Shown one piece after another: positions 1 to 7,487 of a stretch of 51,152 nt of DNA. The position numbers and the translations under genes were made by a program. Each line of letters begins with the position of its first letter. Within the stretch, counting starts at the first letter, position 1. This DNA comes from a virus. Its lineage: Duplodnaviria; Caudoviricetes. The DNA is taken from the IMG/VR virus record IMGVR_UViG_3300021373_000228, positions 1-51,152 of that record; one strand, 5' to 3'. Under the pieces are notes generated by a model. That model did no database searches and was not told the origin of the DNA. It was given only the letters and a program-made list of their open reading frames with translations.

Positions 1-654
1 ATAATTGCGGCGCGGATTGTTAACGATACGATTGATATCTTTCACGTAATCATAACATTGAACGCTTAGCATGTCGCATAGGTCAAACAATTCTGGAAAA
101 AGCTTTTCAAACTTAATCTCGCTAAAGACGTTAGGACGAAATGCCATTGCAATTCCCTTTGCGCGTAATGATTTTGCTTTCGCTTGTATCTCTTTCAAAA
201 GCTTTGCTTTGAATTGATCACGATATTTAAACCATAGGATGGTGCGAATAATACGGGCAATCGCTACTTTGTGTTCACCATCCGATGCAATCATGAATTT
301 CTGCCCCATGCCAGTAAACATTAAACAAGCTTTGGCGCATCCGTTTGATAGGCCATTACATGTATTAAATCCGCTGATGTAATGGGGTGCTAAAGATAAA
401 CCCCATATTTCTAAATCAGTATCGGTATTAGAAACGTCTTTAGCTATTTTTGTGTTTTGTCCAATAAGCTTTGGAAGCTTTGCCCATTGCACATTGCCAT
501 TTTCGTCAATCGCATTGTTTACTTTATCCCACGCAATAGCGCGGCAATGCTGAATGAATGTATCGCTTTCACATTCCTCTTTCGCTTGGCGCATAGCGTT
601 GCGCGTGTTGAATTTGTATTCATTGAAAGCGATTTCATTAATCATGTTAGTCAT
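1..654 (-). CDS. GP88-family (radical-SAM-like Cys-cluster) phage protein, runs off the left edge; absent from the ORF track
   Basis: Manual translation from ATG at 654 (SD AGAGGA), open to position 1: MTNMINEIAF...LSLAPHYISGFNTCNGLSNGCAKACLMFTG...AFRPNVFSEIKFE...QCYDYVKD. Confidence 0.8.
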   Translation of the reverse strand, partial: MTNMINEIAFNEYKFNTRNAMRQAKEECESDTFIQHCRAIAWDKVNNAIDENGNVQWAKLPKLIGQNTKIAKDVSNTDTDLEIWGLSLAPHYISGFNTCNGLSNGCAKACLMFTGMGQKFMIASDGEHKVAIARIIRTILWFKYRDQFKAKLLKEIQAKAKSLRAKGIAMAFRPNVFSEIKFEKLFPELFDLCDMLSVQCYDYVKDINRIVNNPRRNY

Positions 655-807
655 TGTGTGTGTTCCTCTTGTTAAACGCAATTATGGCCTTGCCGCAGTT
701 GGTCGGCCTCTCGTAGAGAAGTGGCATATTTTCAAAACTGTCAAGATACCCACCACCATTTTGTTACCAATTATTTCAGTTTTGTAACATTTTGTGATGA
801 TAACGCA

Positions 808-999
808 AACATTCAAAACCCGGAATATATATAGGTAGAATTACTCATATGTAATGAAATCAATAGCTTAACATTTTATGCATTCACATAATCGTTTTAA
901 TGAATGTTTGAATGTGTTTTTCATGATCGCATTACATAAAAGAGAAACAATACATTCAATACCGGGAATGTTATGGCTAACATTCAAAACCCGGAATGT
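808..999. repeat. Three copies of the dyad ACATTC-N8-GAAT(G/A)T, operator-like
   Basis: Copies at ~809, ~952 and ~980; the first and third share AACATTCAAAACCCGGAAT. Confidence 0.8.
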
Positions 1000-1007
1000 A
1001 TTGCATT

Positions 1008-1093
1008 TGTGATCACATATGGTGGGGTGTGTCTGTTTTGTGATCACATGGGTATGGTATTTCATGCACGTTTTTCGCTTTTGTGATCACAAA
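1008..1093. repeat. Three copies of the palindrome TGTGATCACA
   Basis: 1008-1017, 1039-1048, 1082-1091 (third extends to TTTGTGATCACAAA). Confidence 0.85.
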
Positions 1094-1389
1094 CATGAAA
1101 ACGCCTAAAAAATAAGCACATATTGTAATTTAATGATAATATATCAGTATAAAAATGTAATAATATCAACGCTTTAATCCAATAAAACAGCTCTTTCTGC
1201 ACAATTTAAAACGAAAACAGCCAAAACGGCACCCCGCGAGGGCCACCGGGGGGTATGACGTTACACGTATATGTACAAATACACAGAAGTGATTTTTAGT
1301 TTCTACAACTTATACGGGTACTTCTTACATATATACCAGGATACTAATCACAATTTGTTACAATACTGTAATATTTAGCAGAAAGGGGG

Positions 1390-1418
1390 TTGACTAGGGG
1401 TAAAATATGGGTACAACT
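1390..1418 (+). promoter_or_regulatory. Putative sigma70-type promoter
   Basis: TTGACT-N16-TACAACT. Confidence 0.5.
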
Positions 1419-1545
1419 GCGGAGCAGGAGCAGCAGAGTTAAACTTTTAGTGTATTAACTTAAAATAAAGTAATAAATAATAAATAGTTAAACTTTATAT
1501 AAGAGTGTTGCAATAAAGAAAGTGGACATAGGTAGAGTTTAACTC

Positions 1546-1575
1546 TTGACATATTCACTATTTTATATGTATACT
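1546..1575 (+). promoter_or_regulatory. Putative sigma70-type promoter for the + arm or leader RNA
   Basis: TTGACA-N18-TATACT. Confidence 0.65.
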
Positions 1576-1581
1576 ATTATC

Positions 1582-1706
1582 AAGTAACACACAATAACAA
1601 GTATAAACATAATAGTGTTACACTATAGGTACGTGTCACGAATATATGTGTCACTCTTCCTCTTGTCTCCTCTCCCTCACACGTAGTTTGCGACACGTAC
1701 CTTTTT
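1582..1706 (+). ncRNA. Candidate small RNA or attenuator: long hairpin with anti-Shine-Dalgarno pyrimidine loop and U-tract
   Basis: Stem 1627-1651 pairs with 1679-1702; loop CACTCTTCCTCTTGTCTCCTCTCCCTC; TTTTT follows; upstream promoter; 5' end estimated. Confidence 0.55.
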
Positions 1707-1724
1707 CTCATAAAGGTATTGACA

Positions 1725-1982
1725 ATGAAACGTAAGCATATACAACTATATGCAGGCGATAACGTTATTGAAGAGTTTTACTCCGCTATAGCCGAAGGTA
1801 ACTCACGTAAATTACAACGCATACATATCCCCCGTAGTGATGTATTCTATGTTCGTGCTGCAATAGAGCAGGACACTGGTGTTCGCTACTCCTTAGACCA
1901 TGTAGAAAGAGCTATGTACCTAGAGGGTATGCTTGATCGCAAAGATGTATTAGACCCTGATAGAGAGCGAGACTATGGATAA
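1725..1982 (+). CDS. Hypothetical phage protein
   Basis: ORF; ATG at 1725 preferred over TTG at 1719; overlaps next gene. Confidence 0.75.
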   Translation: MKRKHIQLYAGDNVIEEFYSAIAEGNSRKLQRIHIPRSDVFYVRAAIEQDTGVRYSLDHVERAMYLEGMLDRKDVLDPDRERDYG

Positions 1983-2349
1983 CCTAAAGCTACCTATAGC
2001 ACTTGTGCTTGCTATGGCTGCTCAGCTAGCAGGTGGTGTGTGGTGGGTATCACAACAGGCAGCAACTATTGCTAGCCTTGAAGAGACAGTAGCACAGTTT
2101 GCTAGTAAGATGGCGGTAGAGGATAACGTCAATCTTAAGCGTGATGTGCAGGATAACGCAGACTACATAGCTGGTGCGTTTGATGAGATAGATGAACTTT
2201 GGGAAGAGACTGAAGAGTTGTGGGACGAGGCAGCATCAATGGCAAGCCATATGGTTAGCATAATGCAGTTACAGCAAAGAGTTGCAGTTCTAGAAAACAG
2301 CTTAAAGTTTCTTAACAGAGTGGACACCCCTAAATCTGATATGCGGTAA
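1975..2349 (+). CDS. N-terminal membrane anchor plus coiled-coil protein
   Basis: Hydrophobic N-terminus (LPIALVLAMAAQLAGGVWWV), then heptad-rich acidic region. Confidence 0.7.
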   Translation: MDNLKLPIALVLAMAAQLAGGVWWVSQQAATIASLEETVAQFASKMAVEDNVNLKRDVQDNADYIAGAFDEIDELWEETEELWDEAASMASHMVSIMQLQQRVAVLENSLKFLNRVDTPKSDMR

Positions 2350-2825
2350 TGGACCCCGTTTCCTGCATAGCCCTTGCCAGTGGCGCTTATAAAACGCTTA
2401 AGGCAGCTATATCCACCGGGAAGGATATACAGTCAATGGGTAACACCTTGGCTACATGGGGTAAAGCTGTATCAGATTTTGGTAAGCTAGAAGAACGCGC
2501 TAAGAATCCACCCTGGTGGGAAAAGACCTTCAAGGGTAGTGACGAAGAAAATGCAATACTCATTTGGAATCAGCGCCGTAAGCTGGACGAAATGAGAAAA
2601 TCCATTAAGGATGAAATAAGTTTTTTGTATGGGCCTTCAGCTTGGGAGGAGGTTCTCAGAATTGAGGCAGAGCAGCGGCGTATACGTAAAGAAGCTGCAT
2701 ATGCTAAGCAAGAATTTATAGATAATATAATAAACTGGACGGTAGGCTTAACTATTGCTATAATAGGCGCTGGAATATTTAGTTTTATTATTTATCTAAT
2801 AGGAGTATCCCAAGGCAGATGGTAG
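2349..2825 (+). CDS. Hypothetical membrane protein (C-terminal TM helix)
   Basis: Coupled ORF; C-terminal hydrophobic segment. Confidence 0.75.
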   Translation: MDPVSCIALASGAYKTLKAAISTGKDIQSMGNTLATWGKAVSDFGKLEERAKNPPWWEKTFKGSDEENAILIWNQRRKLDEMRKSIKDEISFLYGPSAWEEVLRIEAEQRRIRKEAAYAKQEFIDNIINWTVGLTIAIIGAGIFSFIIYLIGVSQGRW

Positions 2826-3167
2826 ATGCGACTAGTCGAGTTAGGCAGATTAAAGTATGCTCTATATGATGACAACGACAAGCTGGTTATACTAACATCT
2901 TATAAACGGATAGCTGAGAATATGGCACGTAACTACAAAAAAGAGTACGATAACTATCAGGGTAAGCCAACCCAGCGCAAACGTAATGATGCGCGTAAGA
3001 CAGCTAGACGTAAGATGGAAAAAGCTGGTAAGGTTCGCAAGGGTGATGGCAAAGATGTGGATCACAAGGATGGCAACCCTAAGAACAACAGCAGTAAAAA
3101 CCTACGGGTTACCAGTAAATCTAAGAATCGTAGCTTTAAGCGTACCAAATCAGCAGGGAAAGCATAA
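2826..3167 (+). CDS. HNH endonuclease-like basic protein (start may be ATG 2922)
   Basis: DVDHKDGNPKNNSSKNLRV...NRS motif. Confidence 0.75.
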   Translation: MRLVELGRLKYALYDDNDKLVILTSYKRIAENMARNYKKEYDNYQGKPTQRKRNDARKTARRKMEKAGKVRKGDGKDVDHKDGNPKNNSSKNLRVTSKSKNRSFKRTKSAGKA

Positions 3168-3436
3168 TGGCTAAACCAGCAAAAGGTAAAATGTTTGCTA
3201 AGACAGTGACAAACCCTAAAACAGGGCGAAAGCGTACTGTATCTTATGGTCAAGCTGGTAAAGCTAAGGATGGTGGTAAACGTATTCGTCCCGGTACTAG
3301 TAAAGGTGATTCATACTGCGCACGTAGCGCTGGGCAGATGAAGAAACACCCTAAAGCAGCTAAAGACCCAAATAGCCCCTTACGTTTATCTCGTAAGAAA
3401 TGGAAATGTAGTGGTACGAAATCGCGGAGAACATAA
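3167..3436 (+). CDS. Small basic protein, DUF6321-like
   Basis: SYCARSAGQM...KDPNSPLRLSRKKWKC motif. Confidence 0.65.
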   Translation: MAKPAKGKMFAKTVTNPKTGRKRTVSYGQAGKAKDGGKRIRPGTSKGDSYCARSAGQMKKHPKAAKDPNSPLRLSRKKWKCSGTKSRRT

Positions 3437-3750
3437 TGAGTCTGTGGGTAAACATTCACAACAAGCGTAAACGAATTGCTGAAGGTAGCGGTGAGAAGAT
3501 GCGTAAAAAAGGCGCTAAAGGTGCGCCTACAGCAGCAGCATTTAGAAAAGCACAAGGTTTAAATAATGGGGGAATGCCAATGAAGTGTACTTGTGGAAAA
3601 GGTGGGACATGCAACTGTGGTGGCATGGCAAAAAACAAAATGTCTAAAGGCGGTATGCCTAAGAAAAACTATGGTAACGGTGGCATGGCTAAGAAAGGTT
3701 ATCGCAACGGTGGCTTCTGCACTGGTCCAGCTAAAGGATATAAAAAGTAA
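3436..3750 (+). CDS. Small Lys/Gly-rich protein with tandem xxxGG motifs
   Basis: LNNGGM, MSKGGM, YGNGGM, YRNGGF. Confidence 0.75.
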   Translation: MSLWVNIHNKRKRIAEGSGEKMRKKGAKGAPTAAAFRKAQGLNNGGMPMKCTCGKGGTCNCGGMAKNKMSKGGMPKKNYGNGGMAKKGYRNGGFCTGPAKGYKK

Positions 3751-4061
3751 TGGCACGTAATACACAACACTTGGCACCCTCTAATCGTTTCGCTAAATCA
3801 CGAATAAAGCTTTACTCAGGTCGTAGTGGATCAGCTTCTAATAATCGCTCCATTGGCGGCGGAGTACCCCAGCATACGTATAAACCATTAGGTAGTAGTG
3901 GCTCTCAAAAAGTACGGTCTGGTGCAGCATCTCAGAAAGAATACATCAATACTTCAGGTGTGGATTCTATGCGAGGGGGGAGCAATGGTAATTTAGGTTG
4001 GTCACAATCTAGGCTAGACGAGGTGAATGCAAAACGTAAAAAGAATAAGAGTAAAAAGTAA
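3750..4061 (+). CDS. Small basic hypothetical protein
   Basis: TAATG-coupled ORF, Ser/Gly/Lys/Arg-rich. Confidence 0.65.
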   Translation: MARNTQHLAPSNRFAKSRIKLYSGRSGSASNNRSIGGGVPQHTYKPLGSSGSQKVRSGAASQKEYINTSGVDSMRGGSNGNLGWSQSRLDEVNAKRKKNKSKK

Positions 4062-4093
4062 AACTTTGACAACACACACACAGGAGAAGTAAA

Positions 4094-4327
4094 ATGTCAA
4101 ATCCATATCAAATTCGTACAGATGTAATGTCTATGGCAAAAGAGATGCTAGATAAAGCATATGACACACAAATGACATTAGCATACACTGTTATGAATCA
4201 ATATAAAGAGAACTCAGAGCAGGCTTTAGAAGCATGGAATCGGTATGTACCAAAGATGTACACACCAGAAGAGCTAAAGAAGCAAGCTGAAACACTATAT
4301 GAGTTTGTAAGCAACGATAAGAAATAG
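4094..4327 (+). CDS. Hypothetical phage protein
   Basis: Strong SD (CAGGAG); NPYQIR...AETLYEFV pattern. Confidence 0.8.
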   Translation: MSNPYQIRTDVMSMAKEMLDKAYDTQMTLAYTVMNQYKENSEQALEAWNRYVPKMYTPEELKKQAETLYEFVSNDKK

Positions 4328-4328
4328 C

Positions 4329-4646
4329 ATGAGTTACTTTAAAAAATATGAAAAAGCTTTAAAGGCTGCAGGATATCGCTTAAACGGAAAGGGTGTTTAT
4401 GATGCTCGTGGGAATTGTGCAGCGATGGAAGACCGCTTTGGTACGGCTTATATTAATGATGTGCGAATTAAAAATATCATTACTGCAGAAGAGAGTAAGA
4501 TACTTAATAAAGTTAAGAAGACGGTTAAGAAAGCGACTCCAAAGCTGAAGAAAGTACGTGCGCGTAATGCTGATGGTACTCTTCGTGCTGATGATCCTAG
4601 CACACCTGATGTTAATGAAGCGTGGACATACGTAGAGGATAAGTAA
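4329..4646 (+). CDS. Hypothetical protein with C-terminal RAR..G...ADDPSTPDVNEAW motif
   Basis: ORF in operon; motif recognised from marine phage proteins. Confidence 0.75.
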   Translation: MSYFKKYEKALKAAGYRLNGKGVYDARGNCAAMEDRFGTAYINDVRIKNIITAEESKILNKVKKTVKKATPKLKKVRARNADGTLRADDPSTPDVNEAWTYVEDK

Positions 4647-5005
4647 TGGCACTTAATCAGTTAGGTAGGCCAGCTAGACGAAAATCTGTGTATGGTCATA
4701 ATACAGGAACTACAACAGAGACAATCTATACCTGCCCACCTAACTGTACTACAGAGGTGACATTCATCCATGTACATAACTCTAGTGGTAATACTAGTAT
4801 AGAGATTGAGTGGTATGTTGCTGAAGACAACTACACATCTCACTTCCTAGAGGGTAAAAACCTAGGTGCAGCAGAGTATATTCAGTTTCCTGATGTTGAG
4901 CTTGTATTACAGGCTGGTGATGAAATAAGAGTAACATCTGCATCTGCAGCACATATTGATACCATTATTACAGTTACAGAAACATTTGCTCAAACTAGAT
5001 CATAA
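4646..5005 (+). CDS. Beta-rich hypothetical protein, possibly virion
   Basis: TIYTCPPN..V.FIHVHN pattern; coupled start. Confidence 0.7.
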   Translation: MALNQLGRPARRKSVYGHNTGTTTETIYTCPPNCTTEVTFIHVHNSSGNTSIEIEWYVAEDNYTSHFLEGKNLGAAEYIQFPDVELVLQAGDEIRVTSASAAHIDTIITVTETFAQTRS

Positions 5006-5084
5006 CGGGTATGCAAAAATAGGTACTACTACCTGACATAACCATAAGTATAACTATCTCCGCACACAAACAAAGGAGATCGTG

Positions 5085-5258
5085 ATGCTTAACTTTCTAA
5101 AACGTGTATTCAAGGCTATTGAAACAGCACAACAAAAACGCGCAGACTACAGACTATTACAAATGCTATCTGAGCGTGAACTACGTGACCTAGGCATTGG
5201 TCGCTCACAAATTAAGGAAATCATCTATGGCGAGGACACTAACGGAAAAGCAGCTTAA
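5085..5258 (+). CDS. DUF1127 (YjiS-like) small protein, 57 aa; absent from the ORF track
   Basis: SD AAGGAG; MLNFLKRVFKAIETAQQKRADYRLLQMLSERELRDLGIGRSQIKEIIYG matches the L..LSDREL.DIGI.RS.I signature. Confidence 0.85.
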   Translation: MLNFLKRVFKAIETAQQKRADYRLLQMLSERELRDLGIGRSQIKEIIYGEDTNGKAA

Positions 5259-5595
5259 GTTCCTTGAGGTACTATTTGACGAAGCTGGCGGTGATGTTGT
5301 TACAGCTAAGAAACTGGCAGGTTATGCACCTGAGTCCAGCACTGCAGCAATTGTGGAATCTCTAAAAGATGAAATCGCAGATAAAACACGCACTTATTTT
5401 GCTCGTACTGCGCCCAAAGCTGCTATGGCTATGGTTGGCGCTTTATATGATCCTACTGAACTAGGTATCAAAGAAAAGATGGTTGCGGCAAAAGATTTAC
5501 TTGACCGCGCTGGGCTTGGTAAGGTAGATAAGGTAGATGTCACCAGTGGTGGTGGCGTTTTCTATTTACCACCAAAAGAAGGTACGAACGAATAA
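5227..5595 (+). CDS. terS: Terminase small subunit (probable)
   Basis: LTEKQLKFLEVLF..AGG...AKKLAGY HTH and AAKDLLDRAG; lies upstream of terL; ATG at 5227. Confidence 0.7.
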   Translation: MARTLTEKQLKFLEVLFDEAGGDVVTAKKLAGYAPESSTAAIVESLKDEIADKTRTYFARTAPKAAMAMVGALYDPTELGIKEKMVAAKDLLDRAGLGKVDKVDVTSGGGVFYLPPKEGTNE

Positions 5596-6023
5596 GTAAA
5601 CCGTTAGTAATCCCTGAGAGGGAGCTTGGGTACTGGCAGTTACCCCTCCCTCCCAAAACACATAACAAAAACTGGCACACAATAGTTCGGGTAACAAAGA
5701 AGATACCGTGGGGCTATGAACAGCATCCAGACAATGATAGGCTTCTTGTACCTATTGAGTCAGAGCTAGAAGCGTTAGAGCTTGCAAAACGACACCTCAG
5801 GCAGTATAGTTACCGTGCGGTAGCTCAATGGTTGAGTAAAGAAACAGGCCGCTACATATCACACATGGGCCTAAAAAAGAGAATCGAAGTTGAGCAAAGA
5901 CGTAGGAAAGCAATTACAATTAAACGCAAGTTTGCCAAGTGGCTCCAAGAAACGCTACACGAGATCGAAAAGCTCGAAAGCCAAGGGGTCGGGGCATACT
6001 CAGAGTCCAGAGAAGACAGTTGA
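5592..6023 (+). CDS. HTH/recombinase-like DNA-binding protein; no canonical start (ATA at 5592 proposed)
   Basis: Frame open 5532-6023: KIPWGYEQHPD..LLVPIESELEALELAKRHLRQYSYRAVAQWLSKETGRYISHMGLKKR; ORF track gives only the last 63 aa. Confidence 0.65.
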   Translation: MSKPLVIPERELGYWQLPLPPKTHNKNWHTIVRVTKKIPWGYEQHPDNDRLLVPIESELEALELAKRHLRQYSYRAVAQWLSKETGRYISHMGLKKRIEVEQRRRKAITIKRKFAKWLQETLHEIEKLESQGVGAYSESREDS

Positions 6024-7485
6024 AACAGTCGCACCCCCAGTAGAGACTGTACCTGCAAAAGTATCTGCTCCTGAGTTTGACGTGGATATTGCACAGGATG
6101 TTGTGTTCAAGCCAAACCCCGGCCCCCAAACATACTTCTTAAGTTCATCTGAACGAGAGGTACTTTATGGTGGGGCAGCAGGCGGTGGCAAATCTTATGC
6201 GATGCTTGCAGACCCGCTGCACGGTTTAAATGATCCTAACTTTAGTGGGCTATTAGTACGCCATACTACAGAGGAACTACGTGAACTAATACAAAAATCT
6301 CAGGAGTTATACCCTCGTGCAGTGCCCGGAATCAAATGGAGTGAGCGTAAATCCCAATGGACTAGTCCTAGGGGTGGGAGACTATGGATGTCTTATCTTG
6401 ATAAAGATCAAGACGTTACTAGGTATCAAGGACAAGCATTTAATTGGATTGGATTTGACGAGCTTACTCAATGGTCTTCACCTTTCGCTTGGGATTATAT
6501 GAGATCACGCTTAAGGTCTGCATCTAAAGACCTTGGGCTATATATGAGAGCTACAACAAACCCCGGTGGCGCAGGACACCAATGGGTAAAGAAAACATGG
6601 ATAGACCCAGCGCCTGCTGGAAAAGCATTTTGGGCAACCAATATAGAAACTGGTGAATTACTAACTTACCCGAAAGGACACAGCCGTGCAGGTGATCCAT
6701 TATTTAAAAGGCGTTTTATTCCAGCTTCTCTGTTTGACAACCCTTACTTGGCAGAAGCTGGTGACTATGAAGCAATGCTTCTCTCGTTGCCTGAACACCA
6801 AAGAAAACAACTCCTCGAAGGAAACTGGGACGTAAATGAAGGAGCAGCTTTCCCTGAGTTTGACAGATCAAAGCATGTCGTGGAAGCTTTTGACGTTCCC
6901 CGATCTTGGGTTAAGTTTAGAAGTTGCGACTACGGTTACGGGTCTTACACAGGCGTTCTCTGGTTCGCTGTTGCACCTGACGAGCAACTCTATGTATACA
7001 GAGAGCTATATTGTTCTAAGGTTACTGCTACAGATTTAGCAGATATGATCTTAGAGATAGAAAAAGATGATGGTGGAATGAGATACGGTGTGCTAGACTC
7101 ATCTTTGTGGCACAACCGTGGCGACACGGGGCCATCCCTAGCAGAGCAGATGATCATGAAGGGGTGCAGATGGCGTCCATCAGATCGCAGTAGAGGCTCT
7201 CGTGTCGCAGGTAAAAACGAAATACATAGACGGTTACAGATAGATGAATTTACTGAGAAGCCTCGTCTTGTATTTATGGATAACTGCACAAACACTATTG
7301 CGCAGATACCAAGCATCCCCTTGGATAAGAAAAACCCAGAGGATGTAGACACCAACGCAGAGGATCACTTATACGATGCTTTACGTTATGGGGTGATGAC
7401 ACGCCCACGCAGCAGCATATGGGATTATAACCCAGCAAAACAACGCACTGGTTTTCAAGCTAGTGATCCTAACTTCGGGTATTAA
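5890..7485 (+). CDS. terL: Terminase large subunit (start uncertain)
   Basis: Walker A YGGAAGGGKS, Walker B WIGFDEL, ATTNPGG, nuclease DYGY and DHLYDALRY. Confidence 0.95.
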   Translation: MSKDVGKQLQLNASLPSGSKKRYTRSKSSKAKGSGHTQSPEKTVETVAPPVETVPAKVSAPEFDVDIAQDVVFKPNPGPQTYFLSSSEREVLYGGAAGGGKSYAMLADPLHGLNDPNFSGLLVRHTTEELRELIQKSQELYPRAVPGIKWSERKSQWTSPRGGRLWMSYLDKDQDVTRYQGQAFNWIGFDELTQWSSPFAWDYMRSRLRSASKDLGLYMRATTNPGGAGHQWVKKTWIDPAPAGKAFWATNIETGELLTYPKGHSRAGDPLFKRRFIPASLFDNPYLAEAGDYEAMLLSLPEHQRKQLLEGNWDVNEGAAFPEFDRSKHVVEAFDVPRSWVKFRSCDYGYGSYTGVLWFAVAPDEQLYVYRELYCSKVTATDLADMILEIEKDDGGMRYGVLDSSLWHNRGDTGPSLAEQMIMKGCRWRPSDRSRGSRVAGKNEIHRRLQIDEFTEKPRLVFMDNCTNTIAQIPSIPLDKKNPEDVDTNAEDHLYDALRYGVMTRPRSSIWDYNPAKQRTGFQASDPNFGY

Positions 7486-7487
7486 GA

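Noticed and set aside
457-1065. Short ORFs 457-675, 554-787 and 868-1065
   Set aside because: They are antisense to the GP88-like gene or run through the repeat region, with no SD or protein-like composition
808-1093. Possible mini-CRISPR array
   Set aside because: Repeats are only 10-20 bp, of two kinds and irregularly spaced; no cas genes
1430-1545. AGTTAAACTTT repeats as CtrA boxes
   Set aside because: No TTAA-N7-TTAA spacing found; short AT-rich matches are expected in this region
5560-5595. Classical -1 slippery heptamer fusing terS to the next ORF
   Set aside because: No X-XXY-YYZ heptamer in frame, and the hairpin is ~40 nt from the AAAAG run; kept only as an alternative to ATA initiation
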